A stretch of DNA of 64,000 nucleotides from Lama guanicoe (GCA_013239625.1 MU054391.1:2385130-2449129), one strand, 5' to 3'. Numbered from the stretch's first letter, positions 51,520 to 64,000 are shown. Program-made: numbers and translations. The notes: a model not told the origin generated them from the sequence alone.

Positions 51520-51650
51520 GGTGTGTGTGTGGATGCGTGATGAGCGTGTGTATCAGAGTGCATAGGTGTGTGTACGCATGTGTATGGGTGTGTGTACATG
51601 TGTATGAGTGTGTGTGTGAGTGTGTTCTATGGGGGGGTGTGCATGTGCTT
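51520..51650. repeat. Degenerate (TG)n repeat
   Basis: tgtg/tgca/tgta units over about 130 bp. Confidence 0.85.
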
Positions 51651-53149
51651 GTGTCCATCAGATCCTATCTGTTGTCCCTCCTTTTTCTGACACAATTACA
51701 ACTGTGGGCTGGTTGGCAACAATGACTCACAAATTCAACTACTGACTGTTAGGTCCTTTTTAAAAATTTCTGTCGACTATGGGAAACACTTGATACAAAG
51801 CCTCAAAATCTATCATACAAACTATGAAATCATAGTTCTCTATTTTAGGTGTTTATAATACAGGTAAAGAAAGATATTTGCATAGAAGAAGGTAGATGAG
51901 CCAAAACACTTTCGAGTGCAACAGTTACACAAAAGTTTACAGAAGACAGAGCGCTAGAGCCGGGCCTGCGAAGCGCTAGCAGGGCCTGAGGACACGGGCC
52001 GTTCCTTCCACATGGTTCCCTTCCCCTTTTTTGAGAACTGAAACGTAGAAATGCGGAAATGTAGGATTTCTAGCTCAGCCCCAGGGGTTCCAATGCCGCC
52101 ACACTGGAAGCCACCTTCGTCCCCGATGGCTGAGAGGAGCAGACCCGTGAGCATCCTGAAACACTCTCCTCAGAGTTTCTGCTTTATCTAAGCCACACTT
52201 ACGTCCCATTGTTCCGACAATTCAGCCTTTACTCTGATTCATACAATATGTTGTCTGTATATTAAATTATATGTGAACCTTACAAGACAGTACATATGGA
52301 GATGCTTTATGAACCAGAAGACAACTTGCAAGGCGTAACTGTTAGTACCAGAGAGGGTAGCCGGTGCAGAGTGTACGGTGTGGTCCAGCACAGGGACTGA
52401 AGGAAGAAGGACACCTGGCAATTCCTTTCAAATTTGGATGTAGAACCTAAATAACCATCAAAGAAAGACAATCTTCTCAGTGGAAATGTGTAATAACCCT
52501 AATGCTAGCTCCTGAGAGCCAGACGGCCACTGCTATGACCTCCTCCACGTGACATACATGCAGAGTAAGCAGGTCGACAGGTGTTTCTCTTCGCAGGTAA
52601 ATAAAATGAAACGGTGAACAGCTGAGAAACCGTCACCCGTTTGTGGTTAACCATTTGTGGCAGGATCGAAACAGATACTCAGATGTCCTCTCTCCCCCCG
52701 TTTTGTAACCCATCTTCCCGTTCCTACAAAAACTATACCGAAAAGAGCAGATCACAGATCACAGGTGAACTCAGGGCCCCAATTATCAGTCTTCTTCTAA
52801 CTCTGTAGACCTAAAATATATTTTTTAGAAATGTTTTCACCTCTTTCGTGGTCACACAATTATATGTGAGGGTGTCCAAGCATGCCCTAAATGACGGTCC
52901 TCGCCTGTGAGAGATCTCGTACGGCATCCTTAGGTGTGTAACAGGCACGGTTAATGCCACATGAGACGTGTCTCTGTTCGCACTGGGACGGCGTTAAGGA
53001 ATCCTGAATTGTAAGTTCTAAATAGTCATTTGCAGCTTTGAAAATATTTGATACTTCAGATAAACCGTTGTCTTCCCGGTTAGAAATTCATTCAGAAGGC
53101 CTAGAACTTCCCTAATCAGACTGCTTTCCTGATTTTGAAATTGAAGCAG

Positions 53150-53720
53150 TGTTGAGAAGAGCCAGCGGGCCGTGAAGATTCTCCGCGCGATCGAAGGACG
53201 CCGGCCAGCCGGGGAGGAGGCGCGGGCCGGCGCTGCGAGAAGCCCGCCCAGCAGGCCCCGCGCGCGCCGCGGGCTCTCCCGGCGGACCGGTGCGGACGCG
53301 GGAGGACGCCTGCCGGGCGTCCCCCGAACGGCGCCGTCGGGCGAGAGGCAGGGCAGGACCGAAGCTGCCCCCAGCAGCAGGCCTGGGCCGCTGGCCGAGG
53401 GAGTTCAGGAGGAGAACCGTGGCGTCGACTGTCGCACAGGCGGGCCGGAGGCTCACGAGGCCCCGCGACACGGAAATAGCCACAGAAGGCAGGCCGCGGA
53501 CGGGATCTGACAGCGGGGAAAAACCGGGGACGGCAGCCCCGGGGCCGGGCTCGCGTTTCTGCGGAGCGGAGAGGAGGCCGAAGGCCTTGGCGACATCGCC
53601 GGGTGAGAAGAGCGAAGAGGCACCGAAGGCCGGCGGTTGTGGCGGCGCTGCTGGCGGAACGGAGTTCAGCTTTGCAGGAACGGGATTATTGCGTAAAAGG
53701 CTCCGCCCGGCCCCAGTTAC
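53150..53720. promoter_or_regulatory. CpG-island-like tract
   Basis: Dense CpG (cgcgcgccgcgggc, cggcggaccggtgcggacgcgg) over about 570 bp with sharp edges. Confidence 0.7.
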
Positions 53721-53737
53721 TTGGAAGACAGATTGAG

Positions 53738-53945
53738 AAGGCGGCCAGGCAAAATACAGACTGTCCAAAGGAATTTTAATTCTAGATAAATAGTGAGTAT
53801 TTTTAGTCCTGCTAGGTCCCAAATGCTTAAACTGACACTCTGCAATGCTCGAGGCCTGCTTATGGTAAGGAAGTATTCATTATCTATCTGAAATTCAGAC
53901 TTACTAAGGGCCCTGTATTTTTGTTGGCTAAATCTGGCAACCCTA
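53738..53945. mobile_element. MER53-like palindromic hAT MITE
   Basis: Inverted termini 'gccaggcaaaatacag' and 'ctgtatttttgttggctaaatctggcaaccct'; inner arms 'attctagataaatagtgagta' and 'tattcattatctatctgaaattc'. Confidence 0.8.
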
Positions 53946-56900
53946 ATTGGGGAAAAAGCAGAAAGACTGACTTCCCGCACTGACGCTGCACAAGCCAGAG
54001 CCTGAAGCGGGAGTGCTGGTGCTAACAGCGCGGGCGCTCGGGCGCAGGGGGCTCACACCGAAGACTCACATTCAGTAGAACCTTTGGTCCCAGAGAGACT
54101 TCCTGGTGTCAGTGCTCCACCTCCCTTTCCTTGGGGAACCTCGGAGAAGCCCAGGGCCCTCAGAGGAGAGCCTAGATCTCCCTGAGCCTAAAGTTGGTGA
54201 TCATGCCGCAGTCAGCGCTTCCCACATGATAATAAACAGAATGGCAGCTTCTAAAAGCAGCTGAAAGGCAGGCGTAGTTGCTAGTTTAGCCAAGACTTTG
54301 TAGAGAAACAGAGAATGGAGTTTTATGTGATCCCATTTACTTAGAGGAAAAAAAAGTAGAAGGAAAGAGACCTTCTCGTACAGATGTTTGCTGCCTTCCC
54401 AGTGTCGCAGGGGTTCACACGCCGACTCATCCCGTCCAGCAAGTGGTCCAGCGCGGTCGGGCCGGCAGTGACTGCACACAGCTGGCTGGTGATGCCGATT
54501 TCCTGAGAATCTGCCTGGCTTTCTCACTCATCAGAAACCCACACTGGCTAAGCCCCAGCCCAGCCTTCGTCAAGCTGGCTGGAGCAGCCTTCCTCTGCTC
54601 TGCCCCCACGTCTTGTCTCATCCTCACACAGTCCTGAGCACACAGTGTCCGAGTCACGGGCTTGCGTGTCAGTCCATCTCCCAGTTTACCGGCTCGTGGG
54701 CTAGGATCAGACATTAGGAGCAAAAAAAAAAAAAAAGGTGAATGAAGTGTCTTGTTATTCAACTGTGCATTATTTACTTAGTGCGAAAAAATACAAATGA
54801 AATACACACACGCCTGAATGTAGGATAAAGCCCTGCAGTACAGGAGCCCCAGCAACAAGGCCGGCGGGGAAGGCAAGTGCTGAGAAGAGCTGGTGGACCC
54901 GAGACACGGGACCGCAAGAGTAAGAGCCATGAGGGAAGGCCCCGAGGCACACTGGAGGGCGTCGATGGGGAAAACCCCAAGTGGGACAGACGGAGGGGCC
55001 TCCGTGCAGGCAGGGGCCACGGGGAGCAGGAGCGGCCCCTGCAGAGCTGTGCCCTGGGAGTGACACGGCACAGCTCCAGAGCAGCAGAGACGCAGGGAGC
55101 ATCACGAGTCCAGGGGACAACTTAAAGGGTTGCTCGTTAGGCCTCGGGATGCAGAGACAGCCAGGCGACAGAGAGAAAAGCGGTTGTCAGGTGGGACAGG
55201 AGGCTTAGAACAGGATGGGCCAGAGGAACAGGTTTTCTGCAGATGGAGACGGAGAAGTTAGGGAGGAAAAGACAGTTTGGCAGAGCAGATAACGCTTGAT
55301 AATCTGGAGAGAAAGCCAGCGAGGCTGGCACATTTAGCCGAGTGATGCGGACGACCCCATTCCCCAATGCCACTGTCCCCGAATTAGAAAAGGTCCCCAT
55401 TTTTAACAGCTTTTCTTTAAGGAAAATTCAGAAGAATATCGCAGATGATCCCTGGTGGGATTTTTAAGGAGTCACCATTTTAGGAAATAAACACAGCAAG
55501 TAAAACTAAGAGTACCCAAGGGCGCCTCTGATTGGTGGCTGTGACGTTCACGCCCCCATCCTTCAGTGGTAACTGAGCAGTGACATGTGCAGTGTAAAGG
55601 TCCAGAACCGGTCAGTTAAATACGGAATCAAAGCAACATTTGAACAGGGAAGACAGCGTTTGAACATTTGCTGTGGGCTCAGCAACTCAAAGAGGTAGCA
55701 GTACAATTTTCAACCTTTTTGACCAAAGCCAATGAGATGCTGGGATTTTAAATTTGCTACCACCGTGATTAATTTGCAGTGGTAAATTAAGAGCCAAATT
55801 TAGATTTGTTAGTAGAAACCAATGATTGAACAATTCAAGAATTACCTGTTAGATGAAATGAAAAACCTGCTACCTAAATACAGCATATTACCTGTGTACA
55901 AGCAAGAGGAACCCATGCTTCGCCAAGAGGAGCAATCCAGTTAGGTCTTCAACAAAACGGACCGTCCGCAAATTCAGAGGCTGGAGGGCTGGTGGGTCTG
56001 CTTTCTCGCTAAAACAGCTGTAAATTGAAGAGCCAGTTTCTCAAACCTTGAAGCTTTGTGTAGTTCTGATGACAGGAAAGGAACAGTTTTTCTAGACCTA
56101 CTGGGTATGATTTGGGTAATCTCCACGTGGCAGACACCTGCACCCTCATTTGCATGTACACAATTCCTTTTTAATCTGGTGATGGTGTAAATAGCGGAGA
56201 CAGCTTCTGACATCTCACTTTTCTTACTCTGCATTGGAAACTGCCTAGGCGTACATGGCAGGCAATTTGTTCCTTTCAGCACACACAAAAGACGGGTTCA
56301 TTTAAGCAAAAATTAGAGTGCCTAATTGCATATCTGATCTCCAAGATGCAGCTATGTATTTTTTTCTATTGTGTAAGCTCAGAGGATTTATCGAGCTGGT
56401 GGGCTCCATTCAAAACTCTGGCTTGAGTCCTGGACGTTTGTCATTCTGTCCCCCTCCCATCTCCCCCCACCTTCTACACATGCCCAGAGGCCCTATCTGA
56501 CCAACAGAAAAAATCAAATCTAGGATTTAAGGCCACAATATAGGTGTTATATAAGAACCTGCTCTATTAATGCTATTTCTGTTCTTAGACAACTAACAAT
56601 GCAACATCTACCATGAAAGGGCAAAAAACCCAAAGTAATACAAAGTGTCTTTTTTTCCATGACAAACTAAATTATTTCTGGCATTGTGTTTTATTAACTG
56701 TGCAAAATTCTCTAATTTAATCTCTCTGAAGTTCTGTTTTTAAAGCAGGGAAATTTACCAAGCTTAGGAGACATCAGAAGTAGGGTGAGCCAGCCGTGGG
56801 AAACAACGTACAACGTGGTCACCATCTACCAGGGTCTGATAAACGCCAGCTGTCTTCCCTTATCCCCTTCTGGCTCTGTCCTGGACAGGCAACATCGAAC

Positions 56901-57966
56901 CTACCTGGCTGTAACCAAAGAGAGTCAGGTCCTCCAGGTGAGCGGCATCGCGTCCTGTCCGCATCCCGGCACCCTGGCCAGAGGCAGCCATGGCTGGTGC
57001 AGGAGACCCCGGCAGCCAGAGCTGCGCGCCTGCACGGCTCTGAGCGTCTTTAACACCAGATGCAGTCAGTGCTGAATTAATGGTCAAGCGGGATTTATGT
57101 ACAGTCAGCATCTCTTTATCCCAAATGCCTGAATTCATAAACAGGCTGAAAATGAATGCCTTTCATCAGCTTTAATTTTCTAATGCAGTGACCCGTCCTA
57201 ACTCTCTGTAATAACAGGTCCCTGAGTGACAATTAAAATAAATCACCCTACAGAATATGCCATTAGAAGCATTCATGCCTCATCAGTAACAGAATCGTCT
57301 TATATAATATATCCTGAGGAAATATTTATAACTTTAGCTTCAGCCCCCAAAGCATAGTCTCATTAATATTCTGCCCTTGCTGTAGATTTCTCGGAAATTG
57401 AAACACGGTTCAAATATTATTTTCTGGGTGACAGTCTAATTCTGTTTTAATGGGAAATACCAGTGGCTAATCATTAACCAATAGCTATTGATCTAAAATG
57501 GATTAATGCCCCACAGAGCCGAAGACGAGGATGAGCCTGCACACACCCCTCCCTTTTTAGGAGAAAGCCCCTGAATGGCTGGCCCGTTTCCCCTCTCTTG
57601 AGAATGAACACAAAAGCCTTCTGAAGGGACTTTGAAACGTAAGGGCTATTCCTCTTTCACTCTTGAAGAAAGGTTTATTCTTGGTGACAAAGGAATACTT
57701 TGAGAGGAGTTTGTCTGGGGTGGAGAGGCCTTGAGGGTCCGTCCATCACCCTTTACCTCTCAAGGGAAATGCAGGGACGGTCCAGGCTGCTCGACCTCCA
57801 GGTGCACAGCCCAGGAAAGACACCAGGGCGGCGCATTTAGGTAAACAGCTGACTTTGGTAAACAACGAAGCGGGCTTTGAGACGACCTGCGTTGTGAGGG
57901 GCTGTGGCTGCGGCTACGTGATCGAGGTGACACAGGACACGCTGGGCTTAGACCTTGGGCACACCG

Positions 57967-58274
57967 CATCTCAGTCAGCTTGGCGGCCACGCGAACACCA
58001 GGCACCGGGCGGCTTGCGCAGCAGACACCGATGTGTCCCCGTCCGGGTGCCCACACTCCACGAGCAGGGTGTCAGCTCTGGGGAGCTCGGGGGGCTTCCC
58101 TCCCGGCTCACAGACGGCCCGCCCCTCACCGTGTCCCCGCCTGGTGGAGAGGGCGCTCAGGTGTCTCCATCAGGGGGACGAGGGCCCGCCCTCAGGACCT
58201 CCCTCAGTCATCGCCCTCGGGGGTCGGGCCGCACCGTGTGAGTTTCGGGTGGACACAACGCTCAGCCCACGACA
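57967..58274 (-). mobile_element. MLT1A-type solo LTR, strongly GC/CpG-shifted
   Basis: Colinear with the 40467-40834 copy ('gagggcccgccctcaggacct', 'gggtggacacaacgctcagcccacgaca'). Flanks caccg/cacag fit a 5-bp TSD with one change. Confidence 0.75.
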
Positions 58275-59270
58275 CACAGCGAGGAAGTGTCTGGCAGCCA
58301 GGGACCCCGTGGATGTGTCCCCCCTCCAGGTAAGGGCTTAAACGGCAGCTGGTCAGGGGCTGACTTGTCCCGGGACCTGGACAGTAGGGGGCGTCCTCGT
58401 CCCCTGAAGGCTGCGCTGCTTGCCTCTTGGGCGCTCGTCTCCAGCCCGTCGGCTCTTCCTGTTGCTGGTCCCCGGTTGGAGGCGCGCCGAGACCCCAGCA
58501 GTCAAGGTGAGCCTGAAGAGGGAACTGTGAATCCTGGTCTCCAGCCCAGAGTTGGTGTTCGACCTTGTTCACATTTGATGCACATTTCAAAGAACTGCTC
58601 AGGAAGTGTGGATACAGGGGCCCTCCAAGCCCACGGCCGAGAGGAGATCGGACCAAGTGTGCCTTCCCGGGCCCAGGGCACAAGCCCCAGACCCCAGCTC
58701 TGTCGCCTGCTGTTCAGAGTCTTGGTTTTTGAGACTCTTTCCTTCACACTAAGGAAAGATGTAAATTTTCTAAGTTTGAAATCTCTGCATTCTTTGCATT
58801 CCTAATTTTCAACGTTCTATTCTGCTAAATAGATGAAAACACCTGCTAAGAACTTAAAAGGGTAGCAAGTAGAATTAAGGGGTCCCATGTGCAGCAATGC
58901 CAGTTCCCAGAAAGAGAAGCATTAATACGAGGAAGTCGGCTTCTTCTGGACAAGTGTTTTATGCTAACAGTTCTCTAGCAAATCGCTCCCCGACTCAGCA
59001 CTGGGAGCCTTTTGAATGGGGAAGGCTTGACCTTTTGAAGAGGACTTCATTTCCATGATATGTTTTTATGGATCTGTCGCACCCCGCAACGCTCCCACCC
59101 TCACTGCCCGACTCACTGCTGAATAATCTCTTACAGAATTTTTTCTGCAACATAAAGAGGCTTCCGGAAACCTGGCTCTCAGAGGACGAGAGAGAAGCAG
59201 GGAGGAGACACTGCTTCAGGACTTCAACATGGACACTTAGAGACCGTTTTCTGCATTTTAATTAAAAAAG

Positions 59271-59304
59271 AAAACAAAACAAAACAAAAAAACAAAACAA
59301 AACA
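59271..59304. repeat. (AAAAC)n repeat
   Basis: About six aaaac units. Confidence 0.9.
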
Positions 59305-59367
59305 CCAGGGAACCTGAGGTTCCAGGCCACACAAAGGGACATTTGGAAAGTCAGAGCCAACACCTGG

Positions 59368-59428
59368 ACCTCAGTTTTCTTTCCGTGAAATGAAGAGATT
59401 GGATCAAGTGATGTGGAAGATCCCTTTT
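59368..59428 (+). mobile_element. MIR/MIR3 3' fragment
   Basis: 'cctcagttttctttccgtgaaatgaagagattggatcaagtgatgtggaagatcccttt'. Confidence 0.6.
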
Positions 59429-61819
59429 ATGTTTTATCATCGCATCATTTCCAGCTTGGTGGGCGTTTAGACACTTGAGTTCACTTTGGTAGAGGGCGGA
59501 GGCTGAGGAGGAGCTCAGGCGTCTGCGCCAGTGGTCTGGGGAGGAGCGCAGGGGCGGAAGGACGGCCCAGCCGCTCTGCTCTGCACCGTGGGCTGCTCCG
59601 CACTGGAGTCTGGAGGCCTCGGAGGCCCCGGCCTTCACGGTTGGGACAACGGCATTCTGTTAACAATCTGTGGGTGACCGCTGTGCGGTGGGCATAGTTC
59701 TCCTGCCTACGGCTTCTCAAGGTCAGATATGACCCCCATGTAACGGATGCGGACATGAAGGAAGAGATGTTAATTAAGTTTCTCAGATTCCTCCCACCGG
59801 AGCGCAGGCTCTCTGACGGCAGAGCTCCGTCCCGCGGCGGCACCGGCTGGCAGTCCTGCGCTGACATCGCGTCTCTCCCGTAGCCATCCAGCCCAGCCCT
59901 CTGCCTGGACTCAGGTCCCTTTCGGCTCCGAAAGTCTGAAAGGGCATTTAAGGCATTGTCAGAATGTGAAGATCCCCGGACGGCCCAAACCCATGTGTTT
60001 CCCCGTCTCTTGCTTTTACTTTTCTTCCCCACCCTCCACGGGCAGACCTCCCTCAGACGGGGCTGTGAGGGGGAAGAGAGAGAACCCAGTAAAGTCCCGG
60101 TTGAGGGGGAAGGATGAGGGACAGTCCTGACTGATGGGTTTGCGTTTCAAAGCGTTCAGTCTTTTGACCGCTCAGGAGAGGCAGAGCTTTCTGCTGCTTG
60201 AAGGAGACTAGGCTTTGGCCTCAGGCAATCACTGGCAAAACCAGGCCTCAAGCCATTTCCCAAGGAGCCTCAGAGTGTTTGGGTGAGAAACAGCAGGTGA
60301 GGCACGCTTGAGGGCATCAGGATGGCCCTGCAAGTGGTTTGCTTAGGGCTACAGAGCACCGAACTGCAGAGCTAGGAGCAGGATGCTGAGGCCGCCTGCT
60401 GGGCGCCAGCCCACTCCTATCTGCCAGAGCTTCCTCTCCCTTCAGATGTGTGACTGACTCACGATGCTGCACGCCAGAAATTAACACAGAATTATAAACC
60501 GACTATACGTCAATAAAATAAAAATGACCCCATCCGATAGATACTGGGGGAAAATGCCAGCTATTTCATGAGAAGGTCTTTCTCTCCTTGCTGCATCTGG
60601 TCTGTGAGATCTGGAAAATGCACACAGGCAAGAGGCTATATATTTCACGGACTCAAGGATTAACAGAATATGGGGATGCCCTTCGGGTGGGCCTGAAACT
60701 TGTATCACTGTCTCTTAATCTGGTCCCCAAATAATCAGTGGCCCCGTCGTTTGTACCTGACGAGTGGCAGGCGTGGAGCCGATGTCTGCAGAATGGTCAG
60801 GAGAGGGGTTTTTATTCCTCCTGGAGTGTTCAGTGCAGATCACAAGCTCTTGGGTCCCCCCCCCCCCCCGCCCCCGAGCTCTGTGACCCTGGAGACCACA
60901 CCTCCATCCATGAGCAGAGGGAAGGGAGATCAGTGTTCAAAAATGTGTCAGCAAGACAACTCCAGAGACTGGAGAAGAAAATCTAAGTTTAATATGTATT
61001 TGTGCTCACATTTCCTGAAGATCCATTCTGTCCCTACTCTGTTTTAAAGAAACTCAAAATTTAAAGTTACAGGCAAACTAGTATCTCAAAATTTATGCCA
61101 AAAAAGATAACAAGAAGATGGGGTTCCACCCTCATCTTGCACTCAAACCAAAGGCCTTGGAGGTTGTACGTAGATTGTGAGTGAGTCTGAAGGACATGTC
61201 TTCAAACGTCAAAATGCTTATAGTCATTGTGAGGTCCCGCCATGACCGAGTCTAGTAACTGACTGGTGAATGCAGGGCCCCAGCACTGGCGGGCGGAGCG
61301 CTCCTTCCCTGTAAGACAGCGTGCACGCCCACGTGCTTTACATCTCTTTTCACTAGTTTCCTATGTTCTCATATTTAATTATTTTAAAAGTATCCCCGCG
61401 TTCAGAGGTGACAGGCTATAGTTTACTTAACCAGTTCTCTAGTGGGAGGTATTTACGCTAAAGACCCTTATCACTGCATCTCTGCCCGTATCCCTGGTGG
61501 TTTTCCCAGGAACGTCTTTGGGTTTGGGGTTCCTGGGCCAAAGCGCACAGGCTTTACGGGTTTGATAACCTCGTGGAGCTGAGGACAGTTCTCATCACAC
61601 TCAGTTCAAGGGACAGCTGGTAGGAAGGGCTGCAACATACAACCTTGAAGGACAGGACAGGGGCGTCCCTCCCCTGGGAGACAGGCACCGGAGTCCCAGC
61701 AAAACCCGTCACAGTAGAGCCCTAACATTCAACCCGAGGGATGAACAAAACTGGCTGTCAGATGTAGGGCATTATTAAAAGCTTGAACACAAAGCAAAGC
61801 AGGTGACGGCTTACTTTCT

Positions 61820-61846
<27 letters not shown>
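61820..61846. repeat. (CA)n microsatellite
   Basis: Perfect CA run of about 13 units. Confidence 0.95.
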
Positions 61847-61852
<6 letters not shown>

Positions 61853-63200
61853 CCATACACCTGCACACATATGTGTGTGCATACAGACAGGCAGCCCAGA
61901 GCACATTCCCCTCAAGCTTCCAGTCTAGCAGAAGGGGACAGGCCTTTCAGACACCAGGTAACCCTGAAGTCCTCTGGACTGACTGTGTGATCATTTCTGG
62001 GAAAACAGAACTCTGGTTAAAGGAAGCAGAGGCCATTGACACGCAACTTTTAGACTCAACACACCCACACATAATGCCATTTGAGGGGTCTTCATGTCTG
62101 TGGCAGACAAGATCAAAAGAAGTGTCAGCTAGAAAATCAAAAACAAAAGACACCTTCAGAACAGAGTCAGATGCTCTGAGTCACCAAACGGGCACATTTT
62201 GCTACGAGATGACATCAGAACTCATTAAATACCTTCCTGACTCAATATTCAAAAAAAACTTGTCTTAGCACAGAAATCAGAGAGATCTGGCACCGGCCAC
62301 TGCTCTGCTGGCACAGCGAAACTGGGACGGGTCCGAGGGAACGCAGAGCTGCCCCTGCCTCTGCCTTCACAAGGAATCGGGGACGGAGGCTTCCCTGTGA
62401 CTCTGCCACTGACCGGCTGTGTGAAACTGCTGTCTGCCTTTAGTCACAGCTTTGCTGCAAACCAGCGACAAGTCACCTTAGAGCCTGACGCTCTGAACTT
62501 GAATCATCAAGTCAGGAGGAGGGTTTCTCCCACAAACTCTCTGTGCAGCAGGATGAAACCTATCGTATGGCTAAGTCATGGACATCAAATGCTAGGAGGG
62601 AGACACCCCTGGGCTCCTCAGGTGGTGGGGAGGAGGGAGAGTGAGGTGGGAGGCCAGGGGAAGGAGAGCGAGGCTAGGGTCTTCGCAAGTCTAAGAGAAT
62701 AAGACCCGGAGAGGCGCTCAGTAACCCAGGGCAGATGGCTGTCATTTGTGTTTTCCTGGCCTCCGTCATGTCGGGGTATGGGAAGCATTCAGAGCAGACT
62801 AAGTGGCTAGAACTCAGGGGCATGCCCAGTCCACGTCTGGGTGCCTGTTAGCACATGCATTCAAAGCTCAAACATTTCCCCGGGGAAAAGCATCTTATTC
62901 ACTGGTGGTGCACAAGCTGGGAGGTGGCTGGAACGAGAGCATTTTAAATGAGTGAACCTAGAGGTGAGAATCGCAGATTCAATGTGCCCTCGAGACAGAG
63001 AATAAATAACAACTTTAATCGGCTTTAACTGAGGGTCAGAAGCCCCGCGGCTTCTGTGCGCACATTTAGGGCCTTGGTCTTACCCAACCCAGTTGCGGGC
63101 TCATCCCTACCCTGCTGAAGTGTGTGGCTGCTTTTCCCCGAGTCCCTGAGCGACGCGGGAGCAGCAGACATGAGTGGGTTTTAGGCCCCGTGGACCTAAG

Positions 63201-63345
63201 GCAGCGGCTCGTAACTCAGGATGCATCTGAAAGTCACTCAGCGCCCGCGCCTGGGCCACACACCCAGAGATTCGGAGTCAGTTGGCCTGGGGTGGGGCCC
63301 AGACATTTGCAATTATTTTTAAAGTTCCCCCATGATTATAAAAAT
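63201..63345. mobile_element. MER5A-like hAT-Charlie element
   Basis: 'gcctgggccacacacccagagattcggagtcagttggcctggggtggggcccagacatttgc...ttttaaagttcccccatgatt'. Confidence 0.75.
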
Positions 63346-63461
63346 CTAAAGGCTCATCGTAAGGCTCTTGGCCTGAGGCAGCTGGAAGCACGGACCGCCT
63401 GAGCTTTGGACGTAGTCCTGGTTTACCATGTAAGTGCTGAAGCGTGGATCTGTCCTGCTGT

Positions 63462-64000
63462 CTCAGCAAATATTTATTCATAAGAGAACAGTGCTCCAGA
63501 TGCTATTCTAGACACTACCAAGCTAGCGATAAGATAAAAGAAAAAAATACATTAGTGTAGCCAAGCTTAGATTACATCACGGGATGCAGACAATAAGCCA
63601 ACAGCATGATTCCCAAATGTTACAAAGTGATACTGTCATTAAAAAAAAAAAAAAAGAACAAAGTGAGTGGACTTGAGATTGCAGAAGGGAAGGAAGCAGA
63701 TTTCAGTGTTAGCACAAATCATATTAGCCCTCAGTAAAAGCAAGACATCTGAGAAAAGTCTTGGAATTGGTAATGAAAGGAAGAATATTCCAGCTGGAGG
63801 TAACAGCTGGTCCGAGTGCCCTAAGACTGGGTTTGACAGGTGAGCTCAAGATATGCGAAGGGGGCCCGTGATGCTCGAGCAGGATGAATGAGGTGGGAAA
63901 AAATACAAGCTAAGTCTGGAAAGGTGAGGGGAACCACACTCATCATAAAAGGCCGTGCCATTGTAAGAACGTTGGTTTTCACTGGGTGAAACGGAAATCC
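63462..64000 (-). mobile_element. L2 3' portion running off the window end
   Basis: 'cagcaaatatttatt...gatgctattctagacact', 'gaagaatattccagctggaggtaacagc', 'gccattgtaagaacgttggttttcact'. Confidence 0.8.

Noticed and set aside
53112..53822. Longest ORF in the window (236 aa, minus strand)
   Set aside because: Its non-ATG start lies inside the MER53 element, the rest is stop-poor CpG-island sequence with overlapping ORFs on the other strand, and no domain is recognisable.
58380..58396. CTCF-like motif gacagtagggggcgtc
   Set aside because: Mismatch in the core; cannot be supported without PWM scoring or ChIP data.
1..64000. CRISPR arrays, rRNA/tRNA genes, operons, endogenous viral coding sequence, large tandem or segmental repeats
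   Set aside because: None seen. The DNA is mammalian and repeat-rich, with no repeat-spacer periodicity and no gag/pol/env-like ORFs.

Overview
This is eutherian mammalian genomic DNA, non-coding as far as I can tell. I recognise no protein-coding gene, RNA gene or processed pseudogene. The ORF track consists of short chance ORFs in GC-rich DNA, microsatellite-driven ORFs and decayed LINE-1 ORF2 pieces. The window holds relatively young L1 fragments (14.9, 25.0, 36.9 and 46.8 kb), ancient L1M, L2 and MIR fragments, MaLR solo LTRs (MLT1), the hAT elements MER53 and MER5A, and microsatellites. It also has three CpG-island-like tracts (about 7.2-8.5, 29.9-30.6 and 53.2-53.7 kb) and several repeat-free, homeobox/FOX/E-box-rich segments that look like developmental enhancers. 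The young L1 3' UTRs, together with no recognisable Alu, B1/B2, SINEC, PRE, Bov-tA/BovB or CHR elements, suggest a cetartiodactyl and probably a camelid; this is an inference from memory of consensus sequences. I found no convincing new biological system. The best observations are an ancient MLT1A LTR that has gained CpGs (about 27 versus about 8 in a sister copy), suggesting local GC-biased gene conversion; an L1 truncated at both ends at a roughly 0.3-0.35 kb gap in an older L1; motif-dense enhancer candidates; and a few well-formed plus-strand exon candidates. Repeat family names and boundaries were called by eye and are approximate.
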